NCBI GenBank assembly: GCA_002269645.1
Contig: NIVC01000024.1
Span: forward strand, 434,001 to 498,000
DNA length: 64,000 nt
Reading direction: 5' to 3'
Origin: Macrostomum lignano
Taxonomy: Eukaryota
Shown piece by piece: positions 11,179 through 26,324 of the stretch. The number at the start of each line of letters is the position of its first letter. The first letter of the stretch is position 1. The position numbers were made by a program, and so were the translations under genes. The notes beneath the pieces were generated by a model. That model saw only the letters and a list, made by a program, of their open reading frames with translations, did no database searches and was not told the DNA's origin.

Positions 11179-12033
11179 ATGACGGGAGGTCGCAAGGCCT
11201 ATTATCGCTGTTGCGTAGCAAAATGCGGCCAGACATCTTCCTCGGCTCCGGAGCTCTGCTTCCATCGGATCATTCGCGATCAGACTCGTCGCGAATTCTG
11301 GTTAGCCAACATGCGCTGCACAGAAGAAGATATTACCAATAGTTCCAGAATCTGCGGCGATCATTTCACCTATTATGACTACGAAGATTTTGAGGCAAAC
11401 AAATTGCGCAAAGTTGCAGTGCCAACCCTATTTGCTTGGGAGCCAATTTACACTAGCCAAGATGCCGCCAATGCAATTTCGGCTACGAAACTTGCCAATA
11501 GTGCCGCAGTTATCACTGCTGCTAGGGCGATCTCTGATGCCAGTGCTGCCGCTGCTGCTGCTGCTGCCGCCGCTGTCGGAGCTTCCAGCGCTGTTGAACC
11601 AATCGAAATTGATGACGACGAAATAGAAATCATTGAACAGGACTGTGGGCAGCAACAACAACAACAGCAGGAGCAACAAGAGCAGCAGCAGCAGCAGCAA
11701 CAACAACAGCAACGAGTTGAACCACCTGTTAACATCACTAATTCGAACAAATTATCCAAAGAAGAGTATGAACAGTTGTTATTGCTAGTGTCAGTGTCGG
11801 AGAGGCTAGAGAATGCTCACGCTGGCATTGTTAGCGAATTAGCTGAGATGCAGAGAGTGCAGAGACGTCAAGACCGACTGATGGACTTGACGCTTGAGGC
11901 CGTGATGCGACCCGAGTTTCCTTTGGCGCTGAGCAAAGAGGAGCGGGACCGGCTGACCAAACTGAGAACTGTCTCTGTGCTTCCTGCGACTGCGGCTACT
12001 AGAGAAGATAATGGAAGCTCTGAGCAATGTTAA
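11179..12033 (+). CDS. THAP zinc-finger protein B (single coding exon, ~284 aa), poly-Ala/poly-Gln, C-terminal coiled coil
   Basis: CCVAKC...W...CGDHF...AVPTLF THAP signature; ATG at 11179, TAA at 12031-12033. Confidence 0.85.
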   Translation: MTGGRKAYYRCCVAKCGQTSSSAPELCFHRIIRDQTRREFWLANMRCTEEDITNSSRICGDHFTYYDYEDFEANKLRKVAVPTLFAWEPIYTSQDAANAISATKLANSAAVITAARAISDASAAAAAAAAAAVGASSAVEPIEIDDDEIEIIEQDCGQQQQQQQEQQEQQQQQQQQQQRVEPPVNITNSNKLSKEEYEQLLLLVSVSERLENAHAGIVSELAEMQRVQRRQDRLMDLTLEAVMRPEFPLALSKEERDRLTKLRTVSVLPATAATREDNGSSEQC

Positions 12034-13256
12034 GCTTTTGTGGACTTTTTTTGTAGGGCTAATGGCAAGAGTGGCCTGTTCTGTTAACAACAGGTACTAG
12101 AATAACTAGATGGGCCACTCAGCACATTTGCATGCAAACTACTGTCAGTTCAGTAGCAAGTTAAAGTGAAGTATTTTATTGTATTTTTAAAGCCAAGGCT
12201 CATTTATTGGCTCCTACCCCCCCCCCCCCCCGCTTAAACCCTCTCTCCAACCGCGCCTATCCGCTCTACCCCGCCCCGCCACCCAATTTTTATTGCCTTT
12301 TTCGGAGTTCCAGCCTAAAGCTGCCATGTACATTTCAGTGGACTGGCCAATGTACATTATTGCTGAACCAATTAGCAAGCTGTTTACGCCTGCAAGCTTG
12401 GGCTTCTAAACTTATCAAAGTCATTTCAGCTGCCTTTATTCTTATAAAATAGCTTATGTATTCTTCTTTGCTACTGAACTGAAAGTAGAAAGCTGTTTTG
12501 CTAAGTATATATGCCTGGTCTAATGGCAAGGTGGTTACCCTGGTGTTATAACTGTATATTTGTATAGGATATCTGACAGCACCTCATTGCCTTTCAATTT
12601 TGTTGCATGCGGTGATTAATTTTATTTTCTCAATATTATTTTTGTTTTAGTTGCATGATTGCGATGGAATCCATTTTTTAAATTAGGGTTTTACTGATAA
12701 TGTTTAATAATGCTAATTTTCCCATACAATTTTACTCATTATTGCAACTACTTATTGCAATTTTGTGTGCTTTTTTAATGGCATGATAACTATAAGTGAG
12801 TTCCATTTAAACTTGTAAATAAAAATACGTTTATGCGGCATTATACTACTTGCAGTAGAGAGTGAAAGAAGCCAACAAGTTTTCTTGTGTGTTATTTATT
12901 TTCATACGAGTATATGACTCGTTTGGTTAAATTTGATTGAATCTAACAATCAACAACAGTGAGTCAATTCCGCCCAATAAGACACGATCACACAGGGTGT
13001 ACACAAGCCCTAATTGGAATCAAACCAGGGGTCGTGTGAGAGCTCTGCCCTGCCCCTCCCCCCAGGTAAATTTAGTATAGTTGATTAACGATTGGTTCCC
13101 AGACTCCTATCTCCGTAGCGTATTTTATCGGTAAAACCTGCTGCCTCTTAAAATTTTCCAAGAAACGACGTTTCCTGTAGTACTTGGAGTAGTCCTTGGT
13201 CCATATACTCGTCCCTACAATATGGTGGGAGATATCTCAAGATGTCTCAATCATGT

Positions 13257-16200
13257 TCAATCTCGTTTGTCGGCAACCGCGCGTCCTCTCTGGGCCAGGT
13301 AGATTCTTAGAAACAGGCCGGCAAAGACGACGCCAACGCCGCACCAGGCGTTGCCGCTCAGGCGGTGCTGGTAGACCACGCTTGAGATGAGTATAGCGAA
13401 TCCCTGTCGCACAGTCATGATGATGGTGAAAGTCACCGGGCCGAAGCTGTCAATAGTGTGAAAGATGACCAACTGGCCGAGTGTTGAGCACAGAGCCAGC
13501 AGGCCGAGGTGACTGGCAAACAATGGCTGCCTATAGGCGAATCCCAGGGCAGATACGAGCGAGCCCTGCTGCAGCTGGGCAGTGACAGTTGCTAAGCAGG
13601 ACGCCAGGCTGCTACCTGCCAGCATCTGTATCGGACCCGATCGATAGCTGGCGAACAGCTTCGACTGCCAGCTGCTGGTGAAGGCGTCGAACATCAGGTA
13701 GCCAGCTAGTAAAGTTGCTCCGCTGACTGCGTTCATCCACTGCTGCTGTGTAGTTGACGTCGGGTTAGTAGCGGTACTCGTTGGCGCTTCAGCGACTTCC
13801 GGCGACGACAGTAAGAATAGGGCCGTCCCTGCGGTTGGGTGCCAGTTGTGAAAGTTATGCTTTCCTATAATCCTCCATTTATATTTTGAATTTTCACCTT
13901 TAACTCATTTGAGCTGCCCTAATCCTCTATTTCAGCTACTACTAATCGTCTATTTGAGCCGCCCCTAATCCTCTATTTGAGTTACCCCTAATCCTCTATT
14001 CGAGCTACCCCAAATCCTCCGATTGAGCCACCCCTAATCATCTAAATGTATTTGGGCTACATGTACCTGATGCTCTAACCCTTCATTTGAACTGTACCAA
14101 TTATCCTCCATTTTTACCGTTCCTACAATTAAATTGTGTGGTATGAATCCTATGAGATCTGACTGATCGAATTCAGTACGAGATCCAATCAAGCATCGTT
14201 GCTATCTCATTAGTCTCAAAAGATCAATGGTCATACGTGCAGTATAAAGTGCACATTAGCTAACCACTACTCAGATCAGCTCACCTCCGCTGATGAGGCC
14301 GGCAGTGAGGTACTCGTCGACTCGGTAGGACTTTCTGGACACCAGCCTGCCCATCAGCATTACCGGTATAATCTTGGACGCCTTAGCCAATACCTGAGTT
14401 GGAAAAGTGACGTACACTAACGCTTCGTACTGGCACCAGGAGCTCAGAATGTTCGACACGGAGCTGTAGACGTACTCAAATGCTGGCGGTGATTGTTTGC
14501 CGTCGGTCATCCTGTCGGAAGCCTTGGTCTCGGAGCTCTTCCTAGTCGCGCCCCAAGCCAACGGCGCAAGCAGCATCAGAGGCAGCGCCAGCAGGCCGCC
14601 AAGAGCGCGATTGGCGAACACCAGGAACTGAGAGTCGTGGAAGCGTTCGCCATTGTAGTCGAACGTCGTCATTCGTTCCTGCAGTAGGCCCCAGGTGAGA
14701 TAGGCCGCTTGCAGTCCCAGAAAGCAGGCCGTCAGGTGCAAGCACCAGCGCAACGAGTAGCTCTGACGTTGCTGCTTCTGCTTCTGCTGTTGCTGCTCTT
14801 TAGATGATTTTCCTTTGGGAAAAATGTATAATAGGATTTGAACTCCAATGAAAGCGCATCAATAGTCTCGGTGTCATACTCAGCAATGTTCCTCATGTAC
14901 ATCACGATCCCTCTGGGCATCATCATAAATGATTTTATAATTAGGAAATATCAAAACTACCTTACTTTCTTCTTGCCACAATCTAAAAACAGCGACTTTT
15001 TAACCTTTCTAAGGTAACCAAACTGTACTCGTAAGAGGTTCGAGCCGAATTTCAAGCATGTAGATGTTAGAGACGTACATGTCGATACTGACATACATGT
15101 ATTTCACTACAAAGTGGTTGCTCTCCCATTTACCATTTTTGTGATGTAGGGGAGACTTCGACGCACCACGTCACCTGCCAGCATTCAACGAGGCGCGGAG
15201 ACGTCACCTCGGACACCCGCTAAGGCTGGACGAGCTCACCACCGCGGACCAGATCCGTGATCTACGCGCATTTGTCCGGGACTCCGGGCGGATGAAGATC
15301 GCAGACGCCTGCACACTCGCGAGCTTTTCTGCTGCTGGCGAGGGGTGGGCGCAGCCCAGCCTTTCTTTTAGCTTGACTTTGCGATAGGGGCCTCGTGGCC
15401 TATTCGTGGCGCTCTAGGCCATCTAAATCTTCTGTATGGATATGGACTTCTATAGATCATCATCTGTGTGACAGACCTTTAAAGACCATTGACACAATTA
15501 AACTCCGGCTGCAGGGTGCACAACGGCCCAGAATTTCTCATCGCCCGTCATGTGTACACACACTGAGCATTTGGGGAATGTTGGTCCTCATTAGCGCGAA
15601 TCCCTCGACAAGCCAAAGACCGATTTCGTGTCCAGAATCGAAGGCAGGAACTTAGGTTAGGTTGTTAGAACTTAGTTATAAACTTTTCTATACTCACTTG
15701 GAGCTCCCAGTTTGTCGTTCTCGTCATCCTTCGGTGAAGCCGCACCTCCGCCGGGTAACGCCAGAGTTCGAATGCAGCTGGGCAAGATGCCCCGGCTGGG
15801 TCCCCTGCGATCGTAGCCCCAGGCCTGAACCAGTCGCAGGACGAAATACAGCGGCAACAGGGAGGACGCGTAGCCGATCAGGTTAGCCAGGAATCGAACA
15901 GGCCAGTCTGCTTTCAGCTCCTCTGCCAGCGCCGAGAGCTCTGCTAGCAGTGCCGTGTCGATTAGCCAGGTTGGCAACGGATTCAACCAACGCCACGGAG
16001 CCACTGCGGCAATTGCGGAGGCCGCGAAAGCCAAGATCACTCTAGAAAATTAAGGACCGGGTTAGTGAAATACCGCACTGATTTACATTTCAACTTAAGG
16101 GGTGCCAACATTCGGTGTCTTGGTTGGCGCCCTGTCTCTTGGACTATTTTTGTGCACAAGCCGCGAATTAATGTGGAATCGAACTCGGGGACTTAAAATG

Positions 16201-16297
16201 CTTTGAGCCAGACTAAGATCTGGAAGATATCAACTCACAGAGTGTGCACTTGTCCCAGGCTCAGTGACGCAATAATCGACTTTGTAGGCTTCTTCAT
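13257..16297 (-). CDS. SLC35B2: PAPS transporter 1 (SLC35B2/slalom), 4 exons, ~495 aa
   Basis: Exons 16297-16239, 16041-15698, 14797-14285 and 13828-13257; all phases match and total 1488 nt. Motifs [78 protein letters not shown]. Confidence 0.92.
15150..15310 (+). mobile_element. Probable 3' fragment of a non-LTR retrotransposon ORF2 (post-RT zinc-knuckle tail)
   Basis: With one frameshift reads ETSTHHVTC(P)[19 protein letters not shown]...[10 protein letters not shown], like the H..C-P-x-F-xx-R tail of I/R1/jockey-type LINEs. GC-rich island in an AT-rich intron. Confidence 0.45.
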
Positions 16298-16745
16298 CGC
16301 GAGGCCTCTCTGATAATTGACGCCAGTATCTGGCAGCTTGCTAAGTTTTTTGCTCCTGTCCTTTGGCTGCTGCTTTGGCTTAACAATTGGGAAGTTAAAT
16401 AGTAGCTCAGAGAGTCAGGAGTTCAGAATCGATATTCTCTGACTATTTACGGTGCGATTGGAAATCAACGGCTGTTGAAAATTTGTTAGTAGCCACAAAA
16501 TTACAATTCTCTTTAACTCTCCGGTCCGTACGCTACGCTCTGAAAAGTTTTACTCGCTTTCTCAGTGCATGCTGCTGATCGGTATCGAGGTGCTTGACTA
16601 AGTGAGCAGCTGCTCCGCAAGCACCCTGTATGGCATGGCTGCGCTGACTGTGCGAGAGTGTCAGAGTGGTGGACCAATATACTGACGTTTGCATTCATTC
16701 ACGGAGAGCGCAAGACGGCCGCTCCCGTGGAGTCATGGACGAAGA

Positions 16746-16845
<100 letters not shown>

Positions 16846-19150
16846 AGTGCTGTGCCCTGCCGATTCCAGATGTTCCGTGCTCAAATATTACTGTACCGTA
16901 TTTCTGTCTCGGTGCTCGCTGATTCAAGTTCTCAGGCTTCACTCATTCACTGTGTAGGTTTGAATTTTCCGACAGCTAGTTTGAAATGTATATACCGAGT
17001 CACTGACTCGGTCGTACATGGACTCACTCCTTTCCAACGGGGAATTGTGTAATTAAAAACTCTCTTAGTTCACCATAAATGATCTGTTCTTTTTATTTTT
17101 TGGTCTCCTTCTTCGATTCTGAACATTTTATCACATTGCACTTCGAGTTCGAACTGCTTTAAACTGGAACGGAGGCAGATTAATCTGCTTTGGCCCAGTC
17201 TGCATTATACTGGTCTGTCTGTCTGTACAGAGATATCTTCAGCGGATTCTCAGTAGCAATATGTACATATTAGATTCAGGGCCAACGGCGCCGCGGGGGA
17301 GGGGGCTTTGGTCAGGACTGGAATGTACATTTGCCCTGGGCCGCAGAATGTACACACACACTCTCTCTCGGTCAGAGGCGATTTGAAGTGTACATCGCCT
17401 TTTCTATTTTAATGTTTAGCGAACAAATGGGAACCCCGCCCAGGCCAGTGGGTGTTCCAAAGAAGTTCATTTAAAAATCTGCTGTGTCATGCTCGCCTGC
17501 CAATAGGCTTTAGGCTTTACGCTTTAAGGCCTCCCTCGATCCTTGAAAACGAAAAGGACACTTCGCCACTTTTGTAAAGAAAGGCACGTCCAACTTTTTA
17601 TCTGTATGCTCTTGGTTTTTTAAATAGTTCTTAATGCTTTTAATGTCTTAATGTTAATGTTTCTAATAATATTGAACATGCAATATTGAATAATATTGCA
17701 CTAAAACTTGTAACACTACTAATAGTAATAGCCATCTAGCCTTCGTCAGCTTTTTTTAAGCTTTTTTTAATTTTGAGCTTGTGAACTTTCGAGACTGTGG
17801 TGACTGCATTAGCCATTTTACGAGCGTTCATGTCTTGCAAAAAATGAATTGTCTGATTTTCATTTTGAAGGTCCTTTAACTCAATAATAGAAAGTCCTTG
17901 TCATTCTATTAAAACTTCCCATACGCAGAAAATGGTCTCAAATTTCGGCTTTATTCAACAGAGCAAAATGTTTTGATCATAGGTCACGTCCCACACTGTA
18001 TTTACACTCCATGCTTGGACATTAGCAAATACTAGTGTACTACTACAGCGCGTGTGCGTTGGATTTTGAAATTAACCCGTTCGACTTCTGAACGGAGAAG
18101 TTCGTTTTCTCCTCCCATTTCTTTCTCCGTCTGTCTTCTATAGAGGGATTCAGTGATTCTGCAGTCCCACAGCGATCCCAGCAATATAACTGAGATTTAT
18201 TTATTATAATTTATTATAATTATTATAATATAATTTCTGAGATTTATCTGCATTCTAGATTAGAGGCAGGGGGCTGTGTGCACCCTGGCGCACTTTAAGC
18301 GACATTGTCGCACAACCGGCGAGAGGCATTGCTCCCCTGAGCAGGCACACAAGCGCGCGGATACGTACGCAGTCCTACGCACAGGCACACACTCACACAG
18401 GAGTGTACAGCGGCCCTAACTTTATTTATCGTTAGTCATGTACATTTCAATGTACCTTGGGGGGTTGGCCCTCAAGGCCGTTAATTGCAAGAGCAGAGCC
18501 AAGCCGAGATTCCAATTTAGCCCCAAATTAATCTGACTATAACAATAAAACAATAATGTGGTTATAAAAAAATATATCACACAGGGCTGGTGTGGGTTAC
18601 GGCCTCTAAATCCGCGGGTCTCTAAGGGTCCATGAAACCCGTCTTGACGTTGCAATCGGTAAAACATCCTCAATCGTATACACTTTTTCTGCTCTGTAAA
18701 GCAGAAATTTGCTTCTAGAAGAAATCTTTCGACTGGATGAAGGACACGAAGCAGTTCATGGTCTGCAGTGGTCTGTCATCTAAGCTGGTACAGTTCCTGG
18801 GCCTACCAGTAACTCAACTTAGCTACATTTGCGGAAGAAACAAGCCAAGCCTAAACTCAATTATCCTGCTCATTTCCTCTCTCCCCCTCTCTGTCCGCGG
18901 TTCCCAGCCTCTTGTTCAACATGCACTCCGAGTGTAACGTGTAGTGACTATAGCTATACTCTCAGCTCAAAAAAGTCTCAAGTCTCTGCAGCTCTCAATG
19001 CCGCGAGTCGCCTGTGCGAGCTCTTTGATTTCTCAACCATGCATCTTAGGAAGTTGATGGAAGTAAGGAAGGATGTTGGGGTGCATTGCTGACTGATTTT
19101 TAGATACAATGCATTGAAGTAGGAAAAAGTCAAAGAAATTTAGACACACT

Positions 19151-21450
19151 CACAGACCTATGTACGGACAGTGACAGATAGATACAGGCACAGTCACAGA
19201 CACAGACACAGACACAGTCACAGACACAGACACAGACACAGTCACAGACACAGTCACAGACACGGACACAGACACAGTCACAGACACAGTCACAGACACG
19301 GACACAGACACGGACATAGACACAGTCACAGTCACAGACACGGACACAGACACAGTCACAGTCACAGACACAGACACGGACACAGACACAGTCACAGTCA
19401 CAGACACAGACACGGACACAGACACAGACACAGTCACAGACACAGTCACAGTCACAGACACGGACACAGACACAGTCACAGACACAGTCACAGACACGGA
19501 CACAGACACAGTCACAGTCACAGTCACAGACACGGACACAGACACAGTCACAGACACAGTCACAGACACGGACACAGACACAGTCACAGTCACAGACACG
19601 GACACAGACACAGTCACAGACACAGTCACAGACACAGTCACAGACACAGTCACAGACACGGACACAGACACAGACACGGACACAGTCACAGTCACAGACC
19701 GATGTACGGACAGTGACAGATAGATACAGGCACAGTCACAGACACGGACACAGACACAGTCACAGTCACAGACACAGTCACAGACACGGACACGGACACA
19801 GTCACAGACACAGAACACAGACACGGACACAGTCACAGACAGTCACAGACACAGAAACGGACACAGTCACAGTCACAGACACAGACACAGACACGGACAC
19901 AGTCACAGACAGTCACAGACACAGAAACGGACACAGTCACAGTCACAGACACAGACACAGACACGGACACAGTCACAGACAGTCACAGACACAGTCAAAG
20001 TCACAGACACGGACACAGACACAGTCACAGACACGGACACAGACACAGTCACAGTCACAGTCACAGTCACAGACACGGACACAGACACAGTCACAGACAC
20101 AGTCACAGACACGGACACAGACACAGTCACAGACACAGTCACAGACACGGACACAGACACGGACATAGACACAGTCACAGTCACAGACACGGACACAGAC
20201 ACAGTCACAGTCACAGACACAGACACGGACACAGACACAGTCACAGTCACAGACACAGACACGGACACAGACACAGACACAGTCACAGACACAGTCACAG
20301 TCACAGACACGGACACAGACACAGTCACAGACACAGTCACAGACACGGACACAGACACAGTCACAGTCACAGTCACAGACACGGACACAGACACAGTCAC
20401 AGACACAGTCACAGACACGGACACAGACACAGTCACAGTCACAGTCACAGACACGGACACAGACACAGTCACAGACACAGTCACAGACACAGTCACAGAC
20501 ACAGTCACAGACACGGACACAGACACAGACACGGACACAGTCACAGTCACAGACCGATGTACGGACAGTGACAGATAGATACAGGCACAGTCACAGACAC
20601 GGACACAGACACAGTCACAGTCACAGACACAGTCACAGACACGGACACGGACACAGTCACAGACACAGAACACAGACACGGACACAGTCACAGACAGTCA
20701 CAGACACAGAAACGGACACAGTCACAGTCACAGACACAGACACAGACACGGACACAGTCACAGACAGTCACAGACACAGAAACGGACACAGTCACAGTCA
20801 CAGACACAGACACAGACACGGACACAGTCACAGACAGTCACAGACACAGTCAAAGTCACAGACACGGACACAGACACAGTCACAGACACGGACACAGACA
20901 CAGTCACAGTCACAGTCACAGTCACAGACACGGACACAGACACAGTCACAGACACAGTCACAGACACGGACACAGACACAGTCACAGTCACAGTCACAGA
21001 CACGGACACAGACACAGTCACAGACACAGTCACAGACACAGTCACAGACACGGACACAGACACAGACACGGACACAGTCACAGTCACAGACCGATGTACG
21101 GACAGTGACAGATAGATACAGGCACAGTCACAGACACGGACACAGACACAGTCACAGTCACAGACACAGTCACAGACACGGACACGGACACAGTCACAGA
21201 CACAGAACACAGACACGGACACAGTCACAGACAGTCACAGACACAGAAACGGACACAGTCACAGTCACAGACACAGACACAGACACGGACACAGTCACAG
21301 ACAGTCACAGACACAGTCAAAGTCACAGACACGGACACAGACACAGTCACAGACACGGACACAGACACAGTCACAGACACGGACACAGACACAGTCACAG
21401 TCACAGTCACAGACACAGTCACAGACACAGTCACAGGCAGTCACAGACTC
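19151..21450. repeat. Compound hexanucleotide satellite (CACAGA/CACAGT/CACGGA) with higher-order blocks
   Basis: Marker ATGTACGGACAGTGACAGATAGATACAGG recurs near 19160, 19703, 20558 and 21095. Confidence 0.95.
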
Positions 21451-23044
21451 TCAAAGAAGCAACAAGCAAGCATGAACTTGGAAGACTAAGAAATGTGGAG
21501 GACTTTGAGCAAGAATTATATTGAATCTGAAGTAGAATTTCCATTCAAAATTTCTATTCATTAAATTCCCTCTCAAAAGACCAAGGCACTTCTCTTCTTT
21601 CCAAATTCTCATTATCATTCGAGCCACTTGAAAAGTTCTCGATGTACCACCCCCTGAGGGGATCTGTTGAGCCACTTGGGGCCCAGCTCTCGTCCATAAT
21701 TAAGTGGATAGAATATAATCGAGTCGCATGTATATTCGTGATGCCCGCCAGATTATTTCAGTTTCAACAGCGGAGAAAAAAAATCGAGTGTTCGAGCTTA
21801 CAGAACTTCCCAAACTATGAGCACCAATGCATATTTCTTTAACCTCGAATCAAGAATCAAATAAATCAAATTATTCGAAAAAAGATTTGGTCGAGAGAGC
21901 CCGGATGAGAAACGCCCAGTTAGAATAAAGATGAAGGGTAAAGGGTATTGTAAATTAATTTGAATGCAAATTAACAGACTGTCGTTTTGACCAAACGAAC
22001 GAACGCCAACTCATTCGTCATCAGCCATAGTTCAATTGGAAGAAGACCACACGTGTTTCGTTTGCTCTAGAAGGGTTCTGCTTTAATCAATCAATCCGAT
22101 TCAAATTGCAACCGTGTGTAGTGGTACTGAGAGTCGCAAGAACTAGTCAACACTCAATTTTCTTCACAAAGAAGAGCCTCCAAGGACCAAGGACTATTTT
22201 TCCGTCCATCGAGCTATCTACCAAGGAGAGGGGGACTCCCTTGATCATTTTTTTTGCTTGCACCGGAACGGAGCAACGCAGGCACACGAAGTTAAAGAAC
22301 ATCAGCGAACTCTTTGTTGCGCACCTTCTCAAGCAAGAATCAAGTCGCCAGCCCTCTGGACCGTCGAGATATTCAACGATCCTGCCAGACGGTCGGATTT
22401 TTCCCATAAGCGTCAGTGTATTCAATACGACCCTTTGCGCATTGCCAAGCCTCCAGCTGAGCGATCAGCTCTGGCTTTGCGACATCCAAAAAATTCGCAA
22501 CGTCCATACATCCAGGTGTCCATCAGTCACCTGGTGTCACCTGTTGAAGGTCCAGATCGGCTCCACCTGGGTGCAGGCTAGTGACCAACGAAGTCAGAAA
22601 GTTTCCATAGAGTTCAACGTTCTTGGTGTAACTCAAAATGTTCCTTAAACACGGAATTCTGTACATCTTTTTATATGTTTGTCAAGTTCACTTCAAAATC
22701 ATAAAATAAGACCTAACCTTCCTATAGGGAAAAATCAAATTTTATATTACAGCTTTTAGAATGCGATTAAGTTGCTTGAGTAAGCAGTGGCGCATTTTTA
22801 AGTTTCTGGATAGGTGGGAAAAACAAAAAAAAACAATTCATCAGAATACAACCTTAACTTCGCAATGAGAAAACTCTAAATGACAGAAAAATACGCACAA
22901 AGATTTGCATAATTTGACGATAAGAGTGATTACCTTAGTTATAATGTTATGATATGCAAGTGTTGCCGATTACAAAGCAAGATTACAGAGCGGACTGAAG
23001 AACTTCCGTATGAGAATATCGGGATATGTTGAAATGAGATAAGG

Positions 23045-23505
23045 AGGGCGCCAAATAAAATAATCGGGGCGTCAAATCAGATAATGGGGGGCGCCAAATG
23101 AGATAAGGGGGCGCCAAATCAGATAATGAGGTGGGGCGCCAAATCAGATAATCGGGGCGTCAAATCAGATAATGGGAGGGGGGCACCAAATCAGATAATC
23201 GGGGCGTCAAATCAGATAATGGGAGGGGGCGCCAAATCAGATAATCGGGGCGTCAAATCAGATAATGGGGGCGCCAAATGAGATAAGGGGGCGCCAAATC
23301 AGATAATGAGGGGGGGCGCCAAATCAGATAATCGGGGCGTCAAATCAGATAATGGGAGGGGGGCACCAAATCAGATAATCGGGGCGTCAAATCAGATAAT
23401 GGGAGGGGGCGCCAAATCAGATAATCGGGGCGTCAGATCAGATAATGGGGGCGCCAAATCAGGTAATGAGGGGCTCCAGATCAAAATAATCGGGGGCGCC
23501 AAATC
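23045..23505. repeat. Degenerate minisatellite (GGGGGCGCCAAATCAGATAAT)
   Basis: Visible ~22-24-bp units. Confidence 0.85.
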
Positions 23506-23656
23506 TGTGACCTGTGACCTGGTCTAAAGAGTTGCTAACGATCAGGCTTCGCTCTTGAGTCCGCTCTTATTCGAAGAAAACCAACTTACGTTGCGCATCT
23601 AGTCTCAACAAAACAGCCTACAGCTGTATATCTGAGTATCCTGTGCCGCTTTCAAC

Positions 23657-25690
<2,034 letters not shown>

Positions 25691-26324
25691 CCTCCGATCT
25701 CTACAGGGAGACTTTTTAGACAGCTGAAATCCGAGCTTTGCTAAGATTGATTTTTCTGTTCCACTTTTTTATACAAGTCCTGCGTGTAGGAATGGAGCTT
25801 CATTTAGATTGGCCGTTGGCTGCCAACTGCGAGGCTAAATCTGCCGGCAGGATGGGGTGGGTCGCGGCGAGCACCCAAGGGGGGGGCGTGCCCATTTGAA
25901 GTCCTGGGCTGCAGTTTCCCTCTTGTGTCTCTCTCTACCCCTCCCCCTCCTCAGGCATGCAGGGCTTTCGCCTTTGCCCTTATCTGGCTGACTCTGCCAC
26001 TTCCCTTGGCCAGTCAGTAAGCAGCTGTGCACTCAAGCTGGGCCGTAGTAAGAGCAAAATATCGGGAAAGGGGGAAGAGAAGGGTCAGTCAGGCCCCCTT
26101 AATCTCCCCATTCGACCCCCCCGTCCCTCGAGGCGTGAAAATGGAGGGTTCTTGTCCGAGTCGAGCTTAATCCCATCTCTCTTTCTCCTTGCTTATCGTT
26201 CTCTCTCGCTTCTCTCCCGCTTTCACTGCCTATTCTAATCTCACAGGGTGTGAGAAAGTTGGTCTCACTCTGTGCAAGCCCTGATTCACTTCTGTTGTGA
26301 GACTCCTACGCGTAGGGCTGTGAG

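Noticed and set aside
19150-21524. His/Arg/Ser- and Val/Ser/Thr-rich ORFs
   Set aside because: Hexamer satellite is open in several frames on both strands.
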